Assembly: GCA_964558645.1 (NCBI GenBank)
Contig: CAZLEV010000004.1
Span: forward strand, 107,442-171,441
Origin: an uncultured archaeon
Lineage (GTDB): Archaea > Asgardarchaeota > Thorarchaeia > Thorarchaeales > Thorarchaeaceae
Length of the DNA: 64,000 nt
Direction: 5' to 3'
Positions 58,207-64,000 of this stretch are shown one piece after another (the stretch's first letter is position 1; every line of letters begins with the position of its first letter). Under the pieces are notes generated by a model, which had not been told where the DNA came from, made no database searches, and saw only the letters and a program-made list of their open reading frames with translations. The position numbers were made by a program, and so were the translations under genes.

Positions 58207-59151
58207 ATGGCAAAGCCACTCCGTTCCATGACTGACAAGAAACAAGGAACCACGATTTGTTCTATCTGCGGCGGTGACGACTTCTACGAGGACCATTCAC
58301 GGGGCGAAACCATTTGCACATCATGCGGTTGTGTCATCACCGAGCGGATAATGGATACCGGGCCTGAGTGGAGAGCATTCACCACAGAAGAGAGAAACTC
58401 AAGGGCTCGTACGGGCGCCCCCATGACACTCACCATGGCGGATAAGGGTCTAGCCACAACCATCTCATGGAGTGATAGGGACGCCAACGGGCGTTCAATC
58501 AAGGCTAGCAATCGAGCCGCAATCTACCGAATGCGAAAGTGGCAGATCAGAACCCTTGTTCACAGCTCCCAGCACAGGAATCTCAGCATAGCCATGAGTG
58601 AGATGGATAGACTCAGTTCTCAGCTTGGTGTACCACGCGAGACAAAGGAGACAGGTGCACTTGTCTATCGTAAGGCTCTGGCGAAGAGACTTGTCAGAGG
58701 CCGCAGTATCGAAGGAATGGTGGCAGCATCCGTCTATCTCTCATGCAGAATCCACAAGATTCCTCGACAACTCGACGAGATAGTTGACGAGGCCAGAGTG
58801 AATAGAAAGGAGCTTGGACAGTGTGTCCGTCTGATACTGCGCTACGTTGATGTCAAGGTACCCATTCCATCTGCAAACGACCTTATGCCGCGAATCTCAG
58901 CCGATCTCGAGCTTGATGGCCAGACCGTACAAACAGCTATGAACATAATCAATGAGGCCAGGCAAAAAGGAATCACAGCAGGCAAAGACCCTGGCGGGCT
59001 TGCAGCAGCGGCGCTCTACATCGCAGGTATCATAACTGATGACCGACGCACTCAGCGAGAGATTGCAGAGGCCTCCAATGTGACCGAAGTCACCGTGAGG
59101 AACAGATACAAGGACCTCGCGACAAGCCTGAAGATAACAATACGTCCATAG
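58207..59151 (+). CDS. tfb: Transcription initiation factor IIB (TFB)
   Basis: Zn ribbon CSICG...CTSCG, GPEWRAF B-reader, two cyclin repeats, TEVTVRNRYK. Confidence 0.97.
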   Translation: MAKPLRSMTDKKQGTTICSICGGDDFYEDHSRGETICTSCGCVITERIMDTGPEWRAFTTEERNSRARTGAPMTLTMADKGLATTISWSDRDANGRSIKASNRAAIYRMRKWQIRTLVHSSQHRNLSIAMSEMDRLSSQLGVPRETKETGALVYRKALAKRLVRGRSIEGMVAASVYLSCRIHKIPRQLDEIVDEARVNRKELGQCVRLILRYVDVKVPIPSANDLMPRISADLELDGQTVQTAMNIINEARQKGITAGKDPGGLAAAALYIAGIITDDRRTQREIAEASNVTEVTVRNRYKDLATSLKITIRP

Positions 59152-59361
59152 ACTCCGAGGAATCCAAAGAAGGCATATCAATTCTTCTTGATTTGGTTAC
59201 AGCATCTATCTGTGTTGCCGTTACCGAAACCTTTCGCTTATATATGGAAAGTTCCAATGTATGCATGGTGCCGAAGACAAGCACCACTCCGAGATAGTAT
59301 TCCATCCATAGGGTATGTCAGAAGTAATTCCTCTCGGAGTACTAGGATAGTGAAACAACTA

Positions 59362-60318
59362 ATGAACCGATCCACGAGATATAATTCGGAGAAAGAATCA
59401 TCGCAGAACACATGTCCGGTCTGCGGAGGCAACGACTTCCACGAAGATGAAGCCCGGGGAGAGAAGACCTGCACTGCATGCGGATGTGTTGTTTCCTCAC
59501 ACATCATAGACCACGGTCCTGAATGGAGAGCATTCACTGCCGAAGAGAGAAATGCTAGAGCTAGGACCGGAGCTCCGATGAGGCTCTCGATTCCAGATAA
59601 AGGTCTGTCTACCAGTATCAGCTGGAGTAACAAAGACGCTAGAGGACGTTCAATCAAAGGTAAGAGACGTGCAGCCATCTACAGGATGCGAAAGTGGCAG
59701 ATACGGAGCATTGCCCATCAATCACAACACAGGAATCTTCGGATAGCAATGAGAGAGCTCGATAGGCTCTCCTCACAGATGGGTATCCCGAGAAAGGCCG
59801 GGGAAACCGCTGCTCTGATCTACAGGAAAGCATTGAATAAACGACTCATCATGGGCCGAAGAATAGAGTCTATGGTTGCAGCATCGCTGTATCTATCATG
59901 CCGTATCCATAGAATCCCTCGCCAGCTGGACGAGGTTGTAGACGAGACTTCCATCGACAGGAAAGCACTATCGAAATGCGTCCGTAGAATCATCCAGAAC
60001 GTTGATGTACATATACCCCTTCCTTCAGCAAGGAATCTGCTTCCAAGAATATCTGCAGACCTTGAGATGGAGGGCAAGACTGTTCAGAGGGCCTCTGACA
60101 TCATCAAGCAGGCAGAGAAGAAAGGCATAACTGCGGGCAAGGACCCTGGCGGTATCACGGCAGCCTCTCTGTACATTGCTGGCATCATTGAGAATGATAG
60201 GCGTACTCAGAGAGAGATAGCCGATGCATCAAATGTCACTGAAGTAACAATCCGCAACCGATACAAAGAGATTGTGAGAGAACTGGGCATAACCGCGAAC
60301 CCCAGACAGTACGAGTAA
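59362..60318 (+). CDS. tfb: Second TFB paralog (tandem)
   Basis: CPVCG...CTACG, GPEWRAF, TEVTIRNRYKE. Confidence 0.96.
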   Translation: MNRSTRYNSEKESSQNTCPVCGGNDFHEDEARGEKTCTACGCVVSSHIIDHGPEWRAFTAEERNARARTGAPMRLSIPDKGLSTSISWSNKDARGRSIKGKRRAAIYRMRKWQIRSIAHQSQHRNLRIAMRELDRLSSQMGIPRKAGETAALIYRKALNKRLIMGRRIESMVAASLYLSCRIHRIPRQLDEVVDETSIDRKALSKCVRRIIQNVDVHIPLPSARNLLPRISADLEMEGKTVQRASDIIKQAEKKGITAGKDPGGITAASLYIAGIIENDRRTQREIADASNVTEVTIRNRYKEIVRELGITANPRQYE

Positions 60319-60385
60319 TCTGTCGAGCAAGTGACGAGTTGGCAACCAAATCCTTGATTTAGGATGTGTTCCAAGAGAGGGTTCC

Positions 60386-61135
60386 ATGGAACAGTTCCTC
60401 ATCGCCCTTTGTGGACTGCCGGCATCAGGCAAGACAAGCCTAGTTCAGGCAATCGAAGGATTACTTGCGTCACAAAGCGTCAGAGTGGTCAGTACTGACA
60501 GATGGCGTGATGAGGAGTACTACGAGAACTTCAGACCATCAAGAGAGAGACTCGTTAGAAGACGAGCACTGAAGGAGACCGAGCTACTACTGAGTCGTGG
60601 CATCAGTATCATTCATGATGATACGAATTACTATGCGAGCATGCGCCACGAGCTGTTTGATATGGCTGTGAAACATGAAACATCTTTCGGAATCATCCAT
60701 GTCAAGACACCGGTAGATATAGCTGTGAAATGGAATGAAGAGCGAGATACATTCATTCCAGAAAGAGTCATTCGGCGCATAGCAGAGAGAATGGATACTC
60801 CTGGGGAGAGATACAGCTGGGACAGACCCGCTCTTAGCGTTGATCTCAGTGCCACGGATGTTGCTTCAGCTGCTCAACAGGCTGTTGAAGCATTGGAAAC
60901 ACTTGCGCCTGCAGAGCAGGAAGCCTATGATGAAGAAGCGGAAAGACAGAATAATCTCATCGACTCGTTGACCAGAAACACCGTGACTCAATTCTTGGAG
61001 ACCCATAAGAACCTTAGAGGGGACGCAAGGGTGAGTTCGATCAGAAGGTCTGTGGCAAGAAGCGCCATGGACTCTGAGATTCCTATGGAAGATATACAGC
61101 GAGTACTCTTAGGACGTCTCAGACGCCTTCTGTGA
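60386..61135 (+). CDS. pstK: O-phosphoseryl-tRNA(Sec) kinase
   Basis: GLPASGKT, DDTNYYASMR, WNEER, PGERYSWDRP (archaeal PSTK pattern); 400 bp from tRNA-Sec. Confidence 0.88.
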   Translation: MEQFLIALCGLPASGKTSLVQAIEGLLASQSVRVVSTDRWRDEEYYENFRPSRERLVRRRALKETELLLSRGISIIHDDTNYYASMRHELFDMAVKHETSFGIIHVKTPVDIAVKWNEERDTFIPERVIRRIAERMDTPGERYSWDRPALSVDLSATDVASAAQQAVEALETLAPAEQEAYDEEAERQNNLIDSLTRNTVTQFLETHKNLRGDARVSSIRRSVARSAMDSEIPMEDIQRVLLGRLRRLL

Positions 61136-61193
61136 CTATCTTCTAGTTCCCTGACTAGTTGGACTGGGCCTCATGCTCTTAAGCGGAGACCAA

Positions 61194-61427
61194 TCAATGC
61201 GTTTCTTGTTCTCTCCTACCAAGCTCCAATTTCAGATATATTGCGAAGAGAATCAGCGCAATCGCACCTAGTTGCAGGCTTGAAACTGGAAGCAGCAAAA
61301 ACCCCGATCCGAGAAGTGCAAGAGCGAGGAGCAGGCCGCTGGCGCTCTTCAGTACAGCCCGAATCCACCACTGATTATATTGTGAGCCCGAATCATCGGG
61401 GGTTGTCAACGTCGTTTGAACCACCAT
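61194..61427 (-). CDS. Small two-TM membrane protein
   Basis: Two hydrophobic helices; start placed at MVVQTT downstream of tRNA-Sec. Confidence 0.55.
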   Translation of the reverse strand: MVVQTTLTTPDDSGSQYNQWWIRAVLKSASGLLLALALLGSGFLLLPVSSLQLGAIALILFAIYLKLELGRREQETH

Positions 61428-61534
61428 ATACCATTCGGCGGTAAATGTGATTAGACTTTCGGATAGCGTATCTGCATGATTGCAACCACCATTTATGGTG
61501 CCAGAACGAGCTTGGAGTTGTCCTTGCATGAAAA

Positions 61535-61625
61535 TGGCGGCCCCCTAGCAGAATCGAACTGCTATCGCTTGCACGATCATGGGTTTGAAGCCCACGGAAC
61601 CCGACCACGGGCTCTGTAGGGGGCC
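61535..61625 (-). tRNA. selC: tRNA-Sec (anticodon UCA)
   Basis: GGCCCCCUA CA GAGCCCG-UGGU-CGGGUUC CGUGGG-CUUCAAA-CCCAUG AUCGU-GCAA-GCGAU A GCAG-UUCGAUU-CUGC UAGGGGGCC G CCA: 9-bp acceptor, 7-bp D stem, 6-bp anticodon stem, long variable arm, 4-bp T stem, G73, encoded CCA. Confidence 0.97.
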
Positions 61626-61780
61626 AGAAACTCGCCGCTAGAAAGACATATGCAGGTCTTAAAGGTCACGTATCAGTGCATTATTTGATAAGCCTTAAAG
61701 CGTATTGAAAGGTGCCACGATACTGTCAGAGAGGAGTCGCCCGGCCTTCGAAGCCTCTATGACACAACTCCAAAAGGTGC

Positions 61781-63322
61781 ATGAACTTGGTCATTGGCAT
61801 AGACGGCGATAGCCTGACTATCGAAGATGTCGTGAGAGTGGCACGACATGGAGAAGAAGTCGCTATTGCAGAGCAGGCAGTCCGGAAGATAAGAAGAAGT
61901 CGCGAGGTCGTCGAGCGCGCGATAAGCGAGAACAAGGTTGTCTACGGAATAAATACAGGCTTTGGGGAACTGGCGAATGTCAGAATTGGCTCGAAGGACC
62001 TAGCACAACTGCAGACCAATCTCATCCGTAGCCACAGCGCTGGAGTTGGCCAGCCTTTCGAAGAAGAGACGGTTAGGGGGATGATGCTGCTCCGAGCAAA
62101 CGCCCTATCCAAGGGATTCTCAGGAATACGCTTGACGGTCATTGAGACCCTCATTGAATTGCTCAATAAGGGAGTGACTCCTGTCGTCCCTCAGCAGGGG
62201 TCTGTTGGAGCCAGTGGAGATCTGGCACCGCTTGCACACATGACCCTGGTTCTCTTGGGGGAGGGAGAGGCCTTCTACGGTGGAGAGAGAATGTCAGGCC
62301 TTGATGTTCTCAACAAGGCAGGAATCAAACCAGTAAGTCTACAGGCAAAAGAAGGGGTGGCACTGATCAACGGAACACAGCCCATGAGTGCAGTAGGGGT
62401 ACTGGCCGTCTATGATGCAATGGAGCTGCTCAAGGATGCCACTGTTGCTGCCGCAATGAGCCTGGAGGCCCTCCGGGGAACAAGAAGCGCATATGACAAA
62501 CGCCTCCATGCAACCAGGCCCCACCAAGGCCAGATGGATGTCGCAGCAGCACTGCGGAGACTTCTTCCGCCCAGTGAGATAGGCGATTCGCATATCGATT
62601 GCGCTAAAGTGCAAGACGCGTATTCCATTCGCTGTGCACCTCAGGTCATTGGGGCCTCTCTGGACACAATCCGTTATGTGGCACAACTGCTTGAGGTAGA
62701 GATCAATTCTGCCACGGATAATCCACTCGTCTTCTATGAGAGCGAAGAGATTGTTTCCGGAGGTAACTTTCACGGCCAACCTGTGGCCTTGGCCATGGAT
62801 TTTCTTGGTATAGCCCTGGCGGAGCTTGCCAACATTGCAGAACGACGTATCAACCGTCTAGTCAATCCAAAACTGAGTGGACTCCCCTCGTTCCTGACTG
62901 AAGAGAGCGGATTGGAGTCCGGAATGATGCTTGCCCAGTACACTGCCGCTGCTCTGGTCTCGGAAAACAAGATATTGGCCCATCCAGCCAGTGTTGACTC
63001 AATTCCAACAAGTGCTGACCAGGAAGACCATGTCAGTATGGGAACTATCGCAGCACGCAAGTGCCGTACTATCCTCGAAAATGTGCGAAACGTCATCGCA
63101 ATTGAGTACATGTGTGCAGCACAAGGCTTGGACCTATTAGCACCACTCCAGGCCTCTGAACCCCTTGTTCATGCCAAAAAGACGATACGGACAAAAGTGG
63201 AGAAACTTGAAGATGACCGACAGCTCAGTGGAGATATCCTAGCTGTTTCCGAACTTGTGAGGACCAGGCAGATCTGCAGGGCTGTGGAAGAGATCACAGG
63301 CAGTCTCTACAGCGACAGCTGA
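61781..63322 (+). CDS. hutH: Histidine ammonia-lyase
   Basis: VYGINTGFG, RSHSAG, GASGDLAP (MIO), QDAYSIRC, GGNFHG, EDHVSMG. Confidence 0.97.
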   Translation: MNLVIGIDGDSLTIEDVVRVARHGEEVAIAEQAVRKIRRSREVVERAISENKVVYGINTGFGELANVRIGSKDLAQLQTNLIRSHSAGVGQPFEEETVRGMMLLRANALSKGFSGIRLTVIETLIELLNKGVTPVVPQQGSVGASGDLAPLAHMTLVLLGEGEAFYGGERMSGLDVLNKAGIKPVSLQAKEGVALINGTQPMSAVGVLAVYDAMELLKDATVAAAMSLEALRGTRSAYDKRLHATRPHQGQMDVAAALRRLLPPSEIGDSHIDCAKVQDAYSIRCAPQVIGASLDTIRYVAQLLEVEINSATDNPLVFYESEEIVSGGNFHGQPVALAMDFLGIALAELANIAERRINRLVNPKLSGLPSFLTEESGLESGMMLAQYTAAALVSENKILAHPASVDSIPTSADQEDHVSMGTIAARKCRTILENVRNVIAIEYMCAAQGLDLLAPLQASEPLVHAKKTIRTKVEKLEDDRQLSGDILAVSELVRTRQICRAVEEITGSLYSDS

Positions 63323-63328
63323 GAGTTT

Positions 63329-64000
63329 CTACGGGCCCAACCGCGTATGCACTACTTCGCCATCTGCAATCACCGTATGCACAAGATTGATGCCGAACCG
63401 ATAAGCGATGAAGTCAGGATTGGGGCAGTCGAGTATGATGATGTTAGCACGCTTGCCGGCTTCAATACTTCCAACTTCCTGACCCCTATCTACGGCATGA
63501 GCTGCGTTTATGGTGGATGCGGAGATAGCCTCTTCGGGGTACATCTTCATCTTGTAGCAGGCCAGTGCGATGGTGAAAAACATCGACTCGTTTGCACAGT
63601 TTGGGTTAAAGTCCGTTGCAAGGGCCACAGGAAGCCCCATCTCTATCATAGAGCGTGCATCTGCATAATCACTATCCAGACTGAATGCCGTTGCAGGGAG
63701 GAGGGTAGCGATGGTCCCAGCACGTCGCATCTTCTCCAGGTCATCTACCGAGGCTTGAAGAAGGTGATCGGCCGAGACTGCACCAACTTCGGCGGCCAAT
63801 CCAGCCCCACCCAGCTGTACAATCTCATCCGCATGCACTTTCAGTCTCATGCCGGCCTTCTTCGCAGCAAGCAATATCCTCCTAGACTGCTCAATATCAA
63901 ACACTCCTTTCTCACAAAACACATCACAGAACTCTGCCAGATGCTCATCTGTGACTGCGGGAATCATCTCGTCCACTACGAGATCCACATAGTCGTCCGT
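63329..64000 (-). CDS. hutI: Imidazolonepropionase (5' part outside window)
   Basis: FCDVFCEKGVF, KVHADEI, SADHL, LATDFNP. Confidence 0.93.
   Translation of the reverse strand, partial: TDDYVDLVVDEMIPAVTDEHLAEFCDVFCEKGVFDIEQSRRILLAAKKAGMRLKVHADEIVQLGGAGLAAEVGAVSADHLLQASVDDLEKMRRAGTIATLLPATAFSLDSDYADARSMIEMGLPVALATDFNPNCANESMFFTIALACYKMKMYPEEAISASTINAAHAVDRGQEVGSIEAGKRANIIILDCPNPDFIAYRFGINLVHTVIADGEVVHTRLGP

Overview
Archaeal genomic DNA, most likely an Asgard archaeon of Thorarchaeia type. This is inferred from archaeal LeuRS and TFB genes, longin-like and Rab-like GTPase genes, and a eukaryote-like SECIS. 1-13.7 kb: a CRISPR array (21 identical 37-bp repeats, truncated at the left edge, transcribed on the minus strand) and a complete type I-D cas locus. 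The locus has an apparently stand-alone Cas11d gene, two Cas4-family genes (cas4 and csa1) and a Csa3-like CARF-wHTH regulator. A possible degenerate mini-array at about 12.7-12.8 kb has a short spacer resembling the cas10d promoter. 13.7-21.5 kb: two paralogous large double-HTH regulators flank a surface glycoprotein gene and a decayed copy of it. 21.5-37 kb: a nucleobase-catabolism/tungsten-AOR cluster, then an Mvh/Vhu hydrogenase operon with a split large subunit. The missing C-terminus is a 50-codon selenoprotein (VhuU, in-frame TGA), absent from the ORF track, whose stop codon overlaps a eukaryote-type SECIS. 37-64 kb: beta-helix surface protein, BON protein, ZIP transporter, CBS-HPF fusion, Asgard signature genes, leuS, tandem TFBs, PSTK, a 9/4-fold tRNA-Sec(UCA), hutH and partial hutI. 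All calls come from reading motifs by eye; no database searches were run.
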